64,000 nucleotides of DNA from Eledone cirrhosa (taxonomy: Eukaryota): the NCBI GenBank assembly GCA_964016885.1, contig OZ024743.1:324694001-324758000 (forward strand). Reading direction: 5' to 3'. Of this stretch, positions 43,671-56,985 are shown in pieces; position 1 is the stretch's first letter; the number at the start of each line of letters is the position of its first letter. The notes beneath the pieces were generated by a model that ran no database searches, had not been told where the DNA came from, and was given only the letters and a program-made list of their open reading frames with translations. The position numbers and the translations under genes are program-made.

Positions 43671-43745
43671 TCCCTGATGACGTAAGGCTTCTCTATAGTT
43701 ATTACGTAACTATATTTATCCCCTTACAGAAACTAATTAGTTGGA
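43671..43745 (+). ncRNA. Hammerhead ribozyme in a solo cassette of about 290 bp (43507-43800) between (TA)n tracts
   Basis: TCC CTGATGA cGTAAGG..ATAGTTA-ttacg-TAACTAT..CCTTACa GAAA CTAATTAG TT GGA; palindromic stem III. Confidence 0.65.
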
Positions 43746-43827
43746 GTGAAATTTTAGTAAGTAAGTCAATTTTCATAACTTTCTTATTTACGTCTTTCAT
43801 ATATATATATAACTATGTAACTATATA

Positions 43828-43882
<55 letters not shown>

Positions 43883-43903
43883 CTATGTAACTATATATAA
43901 CTA

Positions 43904-43935
<32 letters not shown>

Positions 43936-43951
43936 ACTATGTAACTATATA

Positions 43952-44030
<79 letters not shown>

Positions 44031-44049
44031 CTATGTAGCTATATTTAAC

Positions 44050-44088
<39 letters not shown>

Positions 44089-44139
44089 ATAGTTATACAT
44101 ATATATGTATAGTTCAGAATATATATATATGTATGTATA

Positions 44140-44250
44140 GTTCGGAGCTCGGCCGTCGGGGTCCTGACACTTTACCCACTCTACTACCCATAGTATCGAG
44201 TACTCTGTTGCGTTATAGTCCACCTGGTTTCTTACCACACTTCCTTCGTT
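44140..44250 (-). repeat. 140-bp family A terminal module (partial)
   Basis: Matches 39707-39830, 37997-38090 and 54721-54858. Confidence 0.8.
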
Positions 44251-44411
44251 ATATATCTATATATTATTGCAAGGTATCTTTCAAGATTCTTGTTAATTTG
44301 TAATATGTTACCTCCGTAACTATGTGTGCTTACAGTCGTTATAAAGTATCTCCTGTAATTGTTTGATGTAATGAGTTTATATATATATGTCAATCGATTT
44401 TTAATTTAATG

Positions 44412-44468
<57 letters not shown>

Positions 44469-44728
44469 ACATTAAATTAAAAATCGATTGACATATACAG
44501 TATATATAAACTAAATACATCAAACAATTACATATATTGAAGAAATATAATATACTGGGATTTTATTTCTCGCCTTGGCACAGCTGATACATGGATATGT
44601 GCATACGTGCACACATATGTGTAAAAGTATATATATAAACATATATACATGTGTGTGCATATACACATGTGTGCACGTATGTGTGTATGTATATATACAC
44701 GCACATGTGTCTGCGAATGCATACTTAC

Positions 44729-44762
<34 letters not shown>

Positions 44763-44819
44763 CATATTACACAATATGTAAAATATTATACAATACATTA
44801 TATATACTATAATATATAC

Positions 44820-47668
44820 CAGGGGTCGGAAATCCCCGGCCCGCGGGCCACATCCGGCCCTCGAGTGATTTTTGTCCGGCCCGCCATCTTACACTGGACA
44901 CTAATTACCTAATTTTGTATCGAATACAGATACAGTAGTTCACTTCAAGGCTGTGCCGACCTGATGCCCATCACAAATCGCTGCTCATACCGTATATATT
45001 TACAGATACATTTGTAACCTTATTATATTTTCCATTTATTATTATTTCCTCTTATCCATCTTTTTCTGGGCTTTCCGCCAAGCATTATATCACCTGTATT
45101 ATTATTTCCTGTGATTTCATGTATGTGTTTTTGTTCCAGTCAACAAACAGAAATGTTGGCTGGAAGTATGCATTTTCGTCAGCGACTGGAAGGTATACTA
45201 CTTTACGGTTCGCATGCCTCGCTTTTATACCCATATTGTCATTCAATAAAATCACTCGTGAATTATTGTCAACTTCGTTTGCCTGACCTTACCCGTGCCC
45301 CCCCCCCCCCCCCAGGTAAAGCTTTCTTTGGAAAAATTACTTCGTTCCCTCCTCCCCAGAGTATTTTCATTTGAGTTTGTTGTCTGGTGGTATAACAACT
45401 ATACAGTAGGTATCTTTATTCGATAATAACGTTTATTTAATTATTTGTGATAAATTGTGTGAATTATTATTATTAGAATTAGGCCAAAAGTGGTTTAAAA
45501 ACCAAATGGCAACCCTGATCAAACAACGTCGTTAGAAACCTGGTTTTATATAATTTATTCACGATTATCATATTTTATCGCATTACTGTATTTGCATTTA
45601 CATTTGTTTTCATTGTTTCTTATTTCTTCATTCTGAATATTATATTTTTTGTTCTTTTTCCTTTCCATAAATCTTTTTTGTTTGAACCAAAACAAGCCCA
45701 TGGAAGCTAAGAAAAGAAAAGTGGATTTGAAGTGCCGAACTTTTAACGATGGCTGGACACTTAGCTATTTTTTCATTGAGCACTTCGGAAAATGTGTTTG
45801 CTTAATTTGTCAAGAAACCATTGCCGTGAAGAAAGTTTCAAATATTAAATGGCACTATGAAACTCGTCATAATCATTACAACAGTTTTACTGGAAAAGCA
45901 CAAGTAAACGGCTGAGAAATAATGTAACAAAGCAATCATCCCTTTTCACTAGAAAAGTTGAAGAAAGTGACCGAAACACTCGTGCTAGCTACGAGGTGTC
46001 AAAATTAATTGCAGAAAGGATGAAACCTTTTACTGATGGAGATTTCTTCAAAGAATTATTGTTGAAGGTAGCAGGTGTTGTTTGTCCAGAAAAAAGGGAA
46101 TTATTTTCTGCGATCAGCTTATCGGCAAGAACAGTAACAAGGCGAATTGAAGCGCTGGCAGCAAATGTCAGAGTGGCTTGGAGGGTATTTTAAATAATCT
46201 GGAGTATTATTCCATTGCTATCGATGAAACCACAGATATGAAGGATACTTATCAACTTGCAGTGTTTGTGAGGGGTGTAACACCAACATTTGATATTGTG
46301 GAAGAATTTGTACAATTGATTCCTATGAAGGACACTATGAAGGGCACCACTGGAGCAGATATTTTGGAAAGCATAATAAAATGGATTACCGAAATGAATC
46401 TGGATTTATCAAAGCTTTCTGGAGTAATCACAGATGGAACAATGGTTGGAGAGAAAAAAGGGTTTGTTGCATTGCTCCAAAACCACATCGGTATTGATAA
46501 AAAAACTAATCAAACTTCATTGCATTATTCATCAAGAAGCATTATGTGCAAAGTCACTGAATGTTAAGGACATCATAACAGTGGTCGTGAAAACAGTGAA
46601 TTTTATACTGTCAAGAGGACTAAATCACCGCCAGTTTCAAGAATTTCTAAAACAAATTGAAGCAGAGTATGGCAACCTTACATATTTTTCAAATGTTCGA
46701 TGCCTTAGCCGCGGAAAAATGATAGAAGAGATTTCTATGTTTTTAGAGAGCAAAGACCAAGATAATTCTTACTTTCAAGATCGAGTGGGTTGTCAAGTTA
46801 GCTTTTTTAGTGGACATCACAACCAACATGAACACTTTGAATTTTGAGCTTCAAGGAAAGAACAAGGTTGTATTTGAGATGTTTGGTCAAATTACTGCTT
46901 TTGAGAAAAAACTTTGACTGTGGGAATCACAACTTCAAAAAGGAAACTAATCTCATTTCCCAAGTCTCCAAAATCACAAGAGAGATATAATACCAGACAT
47001 CTTTGTGAGCTCTATTAAGGATTTGAGAAGCGAGTTTTCCTCTCGTTTTGCTGACTTCCGGCAATATGGAACTCTATTTAAGTTATTTGGTACTCCTTAC
47101 GAAACAGATGTGGAACAAGTGGCAGAAGAATATCAGTTGGAGTTAATTGACTTACAGTGCGACGAATCTTTGAAATCTAAATTTCAGTTCGAATCCACTG
47201 CTGACTTCTACAAGAAATATATATTGCCAAGTGGAAAATATAAAAACATCTTGACTAATGCGAAACTGATGATATCATTATTTGGAAGTACATATGCTTG
47301 TGAACAACTTTTTTCCAAAATGAAATATACTAAAAGTCATTTAAGAACAAGGTTGCGTGACGACCACCTGGATGATGTTTTGCTCCTCTGATGTGGAGAA
47401 GTTATCGCACAATAAGCAGAAACAAGTGTCACATTAAATCATTTACCATTTCTAACTGTATTTCGTTTGTAGCAAGGAATTTGCTTCTTTTTTTTTTTTT
47501 GTTATTCCTGCAGTAAAATAAGGGGCCTTGTTAAAATAAAATTATATTAAATTCCTTGTTTTGCTTTAAACCTCCAGAAAATTTATTTACCTATTTAATA
47601 ACATGGCCCTCCTCCATGACACTGCATAGCTGTTTGGCCCTCTCTCTCCAAATGGTTGCCGACCCCTG
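44820..47668 (+). mobile_element. Full-length hAT (Buster/Charlie, SPIN/GTF2IRD2-like) DNA transposon
   Basis: TIRs CAGGGGTCGGAAATC and right-end reverse complement CAGGGGTCGGCAACC; perfect 8-bp TSD ATATATAC (44812-44819, 47669-47676). Confidence 0.93.
45700..47437 (+). pseudogene. Disrupted hAT transposase
   Basis: MEAKKRKVD..CLIC..HYETRH, SIAIDETTD, HCIIHQEALC, FGSTYACEQLFSKMK, KQVSH*. Split over five or more ORFs by frameshifts and stops. Confidence 0.9.
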
Positions 47669-48376
47669 ATATATACAATAAATGTTATACGCTAAACAAT
47701 AAAATAAACACCAAATAATATATAATGTATAATATATAAGCTGTATACAATATTAAGTACATTATATACATTATTCTATATATAACATATAATATTACAT
47801 ATTTGATATATAGCATATAATAAATTATATGTAATATATTATATGCAATACACAATATATGCGCTGTACATTATATAACGTATAACATATAAATTCGTAC
47901 AACGTCTGAACAGCATTAAGTAAGACTGCGTGAATTTGCACGAATTTGCATGAATCTTCGTGAATTCAAGGTTATTGTTAATTTTTTATGTTACCTCCGT
48001 AACTATGTGTGTTTATACTCGTTACAAATTATCTCCTGTAATTGTTTGATGTGTTTATTTTATAAATATATGTCATTCGACTGTTAATCTAATGTTATAT
48101 ATACATACATATATATATATGTAATGTAAAAGGTAAACAGAAATAACAACACAATCGGTACAGTATATGGAAGGAATATATTAAGTTAACGCTTGAAATA
48201 TATGCATTAAGTATATAGATATGTACACTTCAAAGAAATATGTAACAGATGTCTTCATAAATCTTAACAAATGTAGTTAGTTTTATGCTTATTAAATTGT
48301 GCACTAAATATAATACAATGTTATATATTATACTAGGAACGACATCAGAAACCGAGTGGTTTTTAGCATATATATG

Positions 48377-48474
48377 CAGGGTGTCCCCCAAAAATGTATA
48401 CACACTTCAACAGCCTTTTAATAAATATTCCTTGTACAGGTAATCAAAATGAGCATACATTTTGTGGGAAACCC

Positions 48475-48476
<2 letters not shown>
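48377..48476. mobile_element. 100-bp Tc1/mariner-type MITE
   Basis: CAGGGTGTCCCCCAAAAATGTAT versus ATACATTTTGTGGGAAACCCTG; TA on the right. Confidence 0.65.
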
Positions 48477-48534
<58 letters not shown>

Positions 48535-48854
48535 AGTGTGTATGTGTGTGTGTATGTGTGTATGTATGTGTGTCTGTATGCGTGTGTGTGTGTGTACACG
48601 CGTCTGTTTTATATATTGTTTAACCCTTTAGCATTTAAACTGGCCATAACCGGCCAGAATTCTCTCATCTCTTTCTGTTCAAACCAGCTGTAACTGGCTG
48701 CTTGTACAGATTATAAGGTATTGTTCGCAAAATATATATCAAAATCTCATAGATTCAATATTATGTGAGATAATTATGTGATGTAAAGCCTTTACTGTGA
48801 AAATGCAATAGTATATATAGAGTAATGTAAATGTTAAAGGATTAAAAATGTCTG

Positions 48855-49030
48855 TTCAAAGGCGATGGGTCTTCAAGCCGATGTTTATCCCCGGTTTCCT
48901 TGGCGTTAAGTGACTGAGAGTACAAGACTCTTCCTGGACGAGGCGCCTGTCTATCGCAGGATTAGCTCTCCAGCTAGCCAGCACTCATTCTCGGCTGATT
49001 GTACTGGAGTAACGTGAAATAACGTGTTGT
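48855..49030 (-). mobile_element. Old SINE fragment (Nin/Deu-domain-like 3' half)
   Basis: TTATCCCCGGTTTCCTTGGCGTTAAGTGACTGAGAGTA..CTATCGCAGG..GGCTGATTGTACTGGAGTAACGTGAAAT resembles widespread metazoan SINE domains (recognised from memory). Confidence 0.5.
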
Positions 49031-49197
49031 CACATTAATACTACAACGAAAAATACACAGTAAGAGGTTTCAGCTAGTATTGGCCCAGGTCATGTCTAAC
49101 TAGATAGCACCACCTGGTGAAGTCTTTCAAATCAGGAATTGGACACCATAGCCCACTCAAGTAGAGAGTTATTGTTTATGGAAACATATCCGGGTTT

Positions 49198-49252
<55 letters not shown>

Positions 49253-49284
49253 CTAGATAGATAGATAGATAGATAGAGATATTA

Positions 49285-49600
49285 TCAGCAGCAGTAGCAG
49301 TATTTTAATGTTTGTTTTCCTGTGATCCCATAGGTTGGAATCGTCATACATTATGTCGCCATTCGTCTCCTTTTCACATCATTTCATTAAAACCTCGCAT
49401 CCTAAGCTCTGGCCTCACCGCATATTTCACTATCCTCACTAATTTTTCTTCTCTGCTATAGTTACTTTCCCCTCTCTCAACATATTGCACTTAACAACCT
49501 AACATTTATCGCCTTTCCTCACACATTCACATGTCGTTCCTTCTGCATACATCATCTCATGTCCTTAATGCCCATCTTCTCTGCCTTAGCTCTCTTCTTC
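49285..49600 (-). mobile_element. Possible decayed RTE LINE 3' end
   Basis: A trinucleotide tail then TTTAATGTTTGTTTTCC..ATAGGTTGGA, resembling RTE tails; strongly degenerate. Confidence 0.35.
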
Positions 49601-49733
49601 CCTCAGTTAATTTAAATTAACGTTAGACATCCTATGGTTCATATTCGACTCGTATTTATCTTATCCAACTTCTGCAACTTTTCGAAATTTAATACCGAAA
49701 TCATCACATGTCTTACATACACTTCATGTAGAC

Positions 49734-50053
49734 CAGTGGTTCTCAAACTTTTGTGCACCAAGACCCACTTCAACATCTCAAAATTGTTATCATCCACCTC
49801 CTTCTTTGATATGAAAACAGTGATGATCAACTGCAAAGTGTAAACAAAATAGTGTTTAGGTGGTGCCAGATGCACGATAATATGTGGAGGAGGTGAGACA
49901 GGAGTTTCTGATAGTAGTGTATACCAAAGTTCTTGGTGTAAAAGTAATAAAGAAAAACCTGAAATTTGTTCTCATTAACATCATTTTCAAATGACCCCTT
50001 AAATATTTAAATTGCTTCCCTGTGGGGTGTGCGCCTCACGTTGGGAACCACTG
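49734..50053 (+). mobile_element. hAT-type MITE
   Basis: TIRs CAGTGGTTCTCAA and TTGGGAACCACTG; TSD ATGTAGAC/ATATAGAC. Confidence 0.8.
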
Positions 50054-50384
50054 ATATAGACCTCTGGTTCCCAAACATATTTTACCTTAGAACCATTATA
50101 TAATTACTCAAAAATTGCGGAACTCTTAACTATATTTTACAGATAATTTCCACCACTGTAATTTTAATAAAAGAAAGAATGAAATAAAAATTGCTTTAGA
50201 GACGAAAACGTATATAATAATTTTTAATGAAATTTTGTTAAAAGACATTATTTTAGGAATTTCTATAGAGTGTTTTGTTTTGTTTTTTTTGTTGTTGTTT
50301 TTTTTAACGAGAAAGCACTCCTATATTAGCAATCGAGGTGACACCTTGAACTTCTCCCCCAGCATCATCGAAGTTCACTTCGCA

Positions 50385-50890
50385 ATCATTGGGTGGTCGG
50401 TTCGATCGTACCGTGTGGCATCTTGGACAAGTATCCTTTACCATAGCCTCTAGTCTATCCATGCCTTGTCTGTAAAATTCAGTGGAAGAAAACTGTTTAA
50501 GAGTCCATCGGATGGACTGTATCTGAAATTAAAAGGACCAGACTTGTCAAAAATTGTCACGCTGAATCACACTGAGAAATACATTAAGAGTACTCGTGTT
50601 TGTGAATTGCGCAGCCACTTATTCGCTGAATCTACCTGAGAATTACATTAAGAGTACACGTGTCTGTGAATTGCACAGCCACTTACTCACTGAATATTCC
50701 TGAGAATTACATTAAGAGTACACGTGTCTATGAATTGCGCAGCCACTTACACCCTGAATCTCCCAGAGAATCAAGCTACGAGTATACGTGTCTGTGAAAA
50801 GTTCAGCCACATACAGGTTAATTCACAAGCAGCTTGCTCCCTTGGTCGAACAGCTGGAACACTCATCGTCAAAATCGATGAAGATCCATT
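50385..50890 (+). mobile_element. SINE copy with an internal 63-bp segment amplified about 4 times (50560-50812)
   Basis: GGTTCGATC B box, CATCTTGGACAAGT core, and repeated CTGAAT..CTGAGAATTACATTAAGAGTACACGTGTCTGTGAATTGC.CAGCCACTTA. Confidence 0.75.
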
Positions 50891-51155
50891 CCACCTTCCA
50901 TTCTTTGATGAAGTGGCTATACTTTAGCTACATTCACTTCTATCGACATCTATCAACTTCTTAGTATCAACGACTTAGTATTAATATTTATGCCAGCAAT
51001 AAAATACGTAGCATTTCCAGACTATTACAGGAGCGATATGTCTATTCATTTCATAAACTATATTTTATGGTTGCCACAACTGATAATTACAGATTATTTA
51101 TCACACCTGAAATACGGCTTCTTCAAGTTTGCTGGAGACCTCACTTTATATATGT

Positions 51156-51226
<71 letters not shown>

Positions 51227-51341
51227 AAATCTAAATGAGATACGAAAAACCTTTTTTTCCATATATCTAGTTGAGAAACGTAGTATTATGAGTTTTTTTT
51301 TGTTGAGTTACATAATATGTTTTATATGTATATATTAAACC

Positions 51342-51444
<103 letters not shown>

Positions 51445-51524
51445 GATAATGTGTCGGATTAGAAGGCTACAACAATGCAAATGGCACATTAAATGTTAGA
51501 AATAATTGTTTCTACTTTTGGCTC

Positions 51525-51625
51525 AAGGCCAGTGATTATCCAGTACATTACTGGTACTTTATTTTATCGATCCCGTAAGGATGAAAGGCAAAGTTGATCT
51601 CGGCGAGATTTGAACTCAGAATGGA
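51525..51625 (-). mobile_element. SINE fragment (same family as 13005-13145)
   Basis: CTGGTACTTTATTTTATCGATCCCGTAAGGATGAAAGGCAAAGTTGATCTCGGCGAGATTTGAACTCAGAA. Confidence 0.7.
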
Positions 51626-51835
51626 AAGGGCCGTAACTCTATGCGTCAAAGCATGACGTCTGACCCTCTACCGATACTGCCAATCGATAACAAAATGCTG
51701 GCAGGTAACTTTTGGATACAGCACCCTTATATGTCAAGGGCGGTGGAACTAGGGTTGCAAGGAGGAGGGGGTCTCCCCAAACTACCAAAACACACATCTA
51801 TTTGTATATGCGCTATAATTTATGTACATGTTATG

Positions 51836-52470
51836 TAGAGATAGATGGGGGAGATAGATATAGATATAGAGAGGGAGAGAGTTTGGTGGTAATTGATATA
51901 GAGAGGAAGGCTGGGAGAGTGTGTTGTGTATTAGATATAGAGAGGGGGGAGATTGATGTTTATTGATATAGAGAGAGGAATTTGAAGAGAGTTCCGTTTA
52001 GTAGATATACAGAGGGTAGAGTTTGTGGTTAATCGATATAGAGATGGATATTGGAAGAGAGTTTCGTGCAGTAGATATAGAAAGGATGAGAGTTTGGTAC
52101 TAGTTGATATAGAGAGGAGGATTGGAAGAGAGTTCCGTATAGTAGATATAGAGAGGAGGAGAGTTTGGTGTTAATTAATATAGTGAGGGGCATTGAAAGA
52201 GAGTTCCGTGTAGTAGATATAAAAAGGGAGAGAGTTTGGTGTTAATTGATGGGGATTTGGAGAGTATGTTGTATGGATGATGTAGAGAGTGGGAGAGTTT
52301 AGTGGTAATGAATAGAGTGAGAAGAGATAGGTATTGATAGGTATAGAGAGGGGTGAGTTTGGTAGTGATGGATAGAGTGTGTGGTAGATATAGAGTGTTG
52401 TGTGGTAGATATAGAGAGTGGGATAGTTTGGTGGTAATTTATATAATGAGGGGGTTGGGAGAGAGTTCCG
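51836..52470. repeat. Degenerate GA-rich minisatellite, unit about 60 bp
   Basis: Recurring GAGAGTTCCGT..AGTAGATATAGAGAGG and GAGAGTTTGGTG.TAATTGATATAG. Confidence 0.65.
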
Positions 52471-52683
52471 TGAAACTGTGAGTGAACCGGTGAAACTTTA
52501 GAGTAACATAGCTCACCAACACCAATAATAAATGAATGTGTGTGTATATGTAGGAGATGAATAAATTGGGTATAATGCCAGTTTCTTATAAATTGGGTAT
52601 AATACCAGTTTCTTACCAAAAGCTCGATATATTAAACATTTAGGAAAGGGCACGGAACATAATTTAAAAAAAATTATACATAT

Positions 52684-52919
52684 GAAGTGGCGGTAGAACT
52701 GGGGATGGGGGCATTCCCCCTCCAATAATTATATTTTCTCCCCAAACTACTAAAACACACATCTATTTGGATATATATGTGTACAATTTATGTACATATT
52801 ATGTTTATCGCATATCGAAGTTTTATGACCATTTAAGATTGCAAAGAGCTAAACTAATCACCACAACTAAATTGTCCAAATTTGGCCTCCCCAATTCAGA
52901 AATGCTTCCACCACCATTG
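52684..52919. mobile_element. Probable hAT MITE; partial second copy at about 51735-51835
   Basis: Degenerate TIRs AGTGGCGGTAGAAC and GCTTCCACCACCATTG; CTCCCCAAACTAC.AAAACACACATCTATTTG shared with 51774. Confidence 0.45.
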
Positions 52920-53049
52920 TATATAAATATTGTTTACATGTTGGTTGTGTTCACAGTATTCAGTTTCTTCATATTTCCTGCATATTTAACAAGACCACTT
53001 CCCAGATAGCACCAGAATATTTGGCAATTTTTTTTTACTCTTTGTTTTA

Positions 53050-53660
53050 TTATCCTTCAGACTTTTGGTCTATAGGCCATTCATCCCGCAGCCCTTACAC
53101 TAACTTTGCTCTGAGAACTAGGTCATCTGTATATAAAATGTCTCAGTACTAATCATTCTTGTAATTCCGTGTTGTATATTAAGCCCAATAATGACTAGAA
53201 ATTATGGTAAATAAAAATCCCTACTTAACATCTGCTTACACACTAAAAATACTCATTAAATTCACTATCAACTCTAACCATTGTTCATAGCCCAATCTAA
53301 ATGTTGTACAACTTTCATAAGCCACTCATCTTCAATTGATTTTCTTAGCCACCACCAATCTACAGAACAAAGAACCACATTAAAAAAACCTTTTCCAGTT
53401 TTACAAATACAAAGTATAGTAATTTTCTCTAATCTAATTGCAGTTTATTCTTGAACTTCATAATATGATATCTCTAGTTTTGCAGCTTGGTAACAACACA
53501 GACTTTATTATCTCCAAGCTAACCCTATCCTAAATTAATTTGCAAAAACTCTTCCTGTTGATTCAAAGACTTGGTCCATTAGTATGTTATTTGTTTACTT
53601 CTATATACCCCAGTTTATCTTATAGCAGTTTAAAATAATACTACTACACCAGTCATTGGA
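53050..53660 (-). pseudogene. Very decayed RTE-like RT remnant
   Basis: Minus strand around 53390-53545 resembles the IR.RV.LD..QFGF..T.DAI..LY.AFVDLEKAF block, with many lesions. Confidence 0.4.
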
Positions 53661-54313
53661 GTATATTGGTTTATATAAAAGAAATAAAATAATTCAATCG
53701 AAAACACAGTTCAATTGTGCGGAATCATATGTGGAATTAAAATAAACGAGTTGCTTATTTTCATTATTCTGCTTATAGATTGAATTAGTAGAATAGAAAT
53801 TAGATGGTATCTCATCCAAACTTTCCCAGAGTATTACTTAAACACTTGGTATTTAAGAAAAAAAATAATCAGATGATAATTACTGGTCACGATTATGTGT
53901 CTAAATGTAAATTTATAATTTGGTCCGAGATGTATTTCATTTTTCGCCAATTTTGACGAAAATGTTTACAGTGTATCTGACCTCCACAATAGTACATCAT
54001 CTTTGTTAACTATGTCAGGCTTGTTTTGTTTACATTTGGCGGAATTTTTATTGGAATGTTCCACCAGAATTCCTTGTCTTAGAACGTGTGGATGTACTCG
54101 AAGTCAGAATTTTCAAAATATTTATCCTAAAGCAGTTATTTCTGACATCTTGGTGAAGCTGCCGATCATATTCTTTTATTCTTTTACTGGTTTTAGTCAT
54201 TAGATTGTGGCCATGCTAGGGTGCCACCTTGGTTTTAGTCGATCATATCGATTCCAGTACTATTTATTTCACGTCTGGTATTTAGTTTATAAATTACCAT
54301 TTTTGTCGACGCT

Positions 54314-54411
<98 letters not shown>

Positions 54412-54659
54412 TATACTATACTATAATTAGGTTTAATCTATGCATATAAAATATATACTGATTATGTAACTCAACAAAAAAAGGTCAATGAACATTAAGC
54501 TCATACAAATCTGAATGATATACAAAAAACGTTTCCCATATATCGAGTTGAAAAACAACTTGTATTATGTACATATATATAGAATAACAAATATTAAAAC
54601 TCATTTTAGGCCTTTTTGGTTTGATTCTTTCTTTAAGTGAGTACATTTATTATTTGTTG

Positions 54660-54708
<49 letters not shown>

Positions 54709-54720
54709 TATATAGGAACT

Positions 54721-54858
54721 ACCAGAATTAGCCGTCGAAACGGCTTGAGCTCAGCCGTCGGGGTCCTACTCGTTCCTATTACCCACTCTACTACCGTAAG
54801 TATTGAGTACTTTGGTGCGTTATGGTCCATCTGGTTCCTTACCACATTTCCTTCGTTA
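54721..54858 (-). repeat. Complete solo 140-bp family A terminal module between (TA)n tracts
   Basis: CAGAATTAGCCGTCGAAACGGCTTGAGCTCAGCCGTCGGGGTCC...CCTTACCACATTTCCTTCGTT. Confidence 0.85.
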
Positions 54859-54974
54859 TATATATATATATATATAGGTATATAATACTAGTAGTTTCTC
54901 AATTTGATATCATGAAAAAAAAATTTATATCGTTTAAATTTGTGTGTATATCGTTTAAATTTGTGTGTGCATAT

Positions 54975-55545
54975 ATGACGGGCCTCTGCAGTTTCCGTCT
55001 ACCAAATTCCACTCACAAGGCACTGGTCAACCCGAAGATAGAGTAGAAAACATTTTCCTAAGGTGTTGCACAACAGGCCTGAACATAGAACTACATGACT
55101 GCGAAGCAGACACCCTTACCACACAGCTATACCTTCACTTATATTTAATATTGATTCTGTCGTATCTTCACTGCACTCTTGTGTTCAATATGTATTTAGT
55201 CAGTGTGATTACAGAAGGGTCAAATGGTTAATAAGTTCGCTTCGCAGTGATCCTGAGTTCGATCCTGAGTTCGATCCCAATGCGTGACATCTTGAGTAAC
55301 TGTTTTTACCATAGCTTTGTGTCGATCAATGCTTTGTGAGTGAATGTAGATAGACTGAAACTGTTTGGAAGCCCGTTAGATGCAATCCAAATGGCTGGCC
55401 TTGACACACTGTGTCCCGCTAAATCTCACGTTAAGGGTAAACGTGTCTGTGGAGTGCTCAGTCACTTACACATTAATTTTATGAGCAGATTGTACCGTTG
55501 ATTGAACAACTGAAATACTCGTCGTCAAAATTGACGAAAGTCTTT
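54975..55545. mobile_element. Two divergently oriented CORE-type SINE copies (54975-55135 minus; 55215-55545 plus)
   Basis: GACGGGCCTCTGCAGTTTCCGTCTACCAAATTCCACTCACAAGG (minus copy); GAGTTCGATCCC B box and GAAACTGTTTGGAAGCCCG (plus copy). Confidence 0.7.
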
Positions 55546-55781
55546 CGATTTAATAAATATCTCCTAATCTTGCATAGTATAAGCATAACCTTCAAAATGT
55601 GACTCCTGTGTTGGCCACGAATCCAAGAGTGGCGTTTTCTTCTTACTGTTTAACCAGATAGGAAAAGGCAGTGTCCATGGCGCTTTTCAACGCCTCCAAG
55701 ACTGGTGAATGGGAGAGGAAAAGTGTTCTCAAACCAGAAACCTGGCCTGAATACTTGTAACAAAGTGAACTCCATTAAAGG

Positions 55782-56022
55782 CACCCAAGGACTAAGTGGT
55801 GGTATTAAACCGGGTGACGATTTAAGTGTACCACTGAAGGACCAAGTGATTGCATTAAAGCGGGCAACAGATTAAGTCTACCACCCAAGGACCATGTTGT
55901 AGTGTTAAGCCGGGCGATAAATTAAGTCCAACACCGAAGGATCAGTGGGTGGTGTTAAACCGGGCGACGATTAAGTCTATCACTGAAGGGCCAGGTGATA
56001 GTAGTGGTAAACCAGGCAGCAT
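55782..56022. repeat. About 49-bp minisatellite, about 5 units
   Basis: Recurring CAC.GAAGGACCA.GTG..GGTGTTAAACCGGGCGACGATTAAGTCTA. Confidence 0.8.
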
Positions 56023-56210
56023 CTTAGGTCAATCAGCTAAATGGGCTGCAGTGGAATTTGAACGCAGAATACAAAGGACTGGAACGAATACTGCAAGGCA
56101 GTGTATTCGGCGCTCTATCAATCCACCACTTTTGACAGGTACTTAATTTTATCTAGTTGAAAAGATGATATGAAAAATAGAAAAAGAGAGAAAGAAGAAC
56201 AGAAAGTAAA

Positions 56211-56263
<53 letters not shown>

Positions 56264-56636
56264 AAAAAAGAAAGAAAGAAAGTAGTGAGTTTGTCGTCTA
56301 CTTTGGCTTTTTCAAGACAGAGTCTAAATATACTTCAGTGAGTTCTTCTGGATAATTTCCATTTTATAGCCAGCATTTCTGTCTATTATAAAATCTCGAC
56401 TGCAGTTTGTTTTTTGATGGGTTAGTAAAGCGGGTATGGGGGAAGCCCACACACTCCCCCATACTCATTTTATGTTCGTCGATAATTGATGCCTGAAATT
56501 CTAGCTTAATGTAAACATCATTTTCTTTACATAAGTGCTGAGGCAAGTAACACAAAAAAGGACAAATAAATAAAATAAAGTATTTCCTATGGCTTCTGTG
56601 AAGTTTGAAGCAGGAAAAGTAGACATCCGTATACAT

Positions 56637-56985
56637 AGGTGCAGGAATGGCTGTGTGGTTAAGTAGTTCGTTTGGCAACCATGTGGTTCTGTGTTCGGTC
56701 CTGCTGCGTGGTGACACTTTAGGCAAAAGTTTTCTACTATAAGCTCAAGTTGAACAATGTCTTGTGAGTGAAAATTTGGTAGGCGGAATCAGCAGAAGCT
56801 CGTCGTGTATGCGTGCTTATGTTTATGATTATGTCCCGAAACTTAGCGCTTCAACATAAAAATGATCGATAAAATAAGTACCAGACTTGAAAAAATAAGT
56901 ACGTGGGTCAATAGGATTGACTAAATCAGAACGGTGCCTTAGAATGGCCGCAGACTAATAACCGAAGCCAGGAAAAGGAATCCGT
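56637..56985 (+). mobile_element. Near full-length tRNA-derived SINE (octopus OK/OR-like)
   Basis: A box TGGCTGTGTGG, degenerate B box GTTCGGTCC, core, ATCGATAAAATAAGTACCAG, and 3' tail GGTGCCTTAGAATGGCCGCAG..AGGAAAAGGA. Confidence 0.72.

Noticed and set aside
55782-56022. CRISPR-like array
   Set aside because: Contiguous degenerate tandem units with no unique spacers, in a eukaryotic context with no cas genes.
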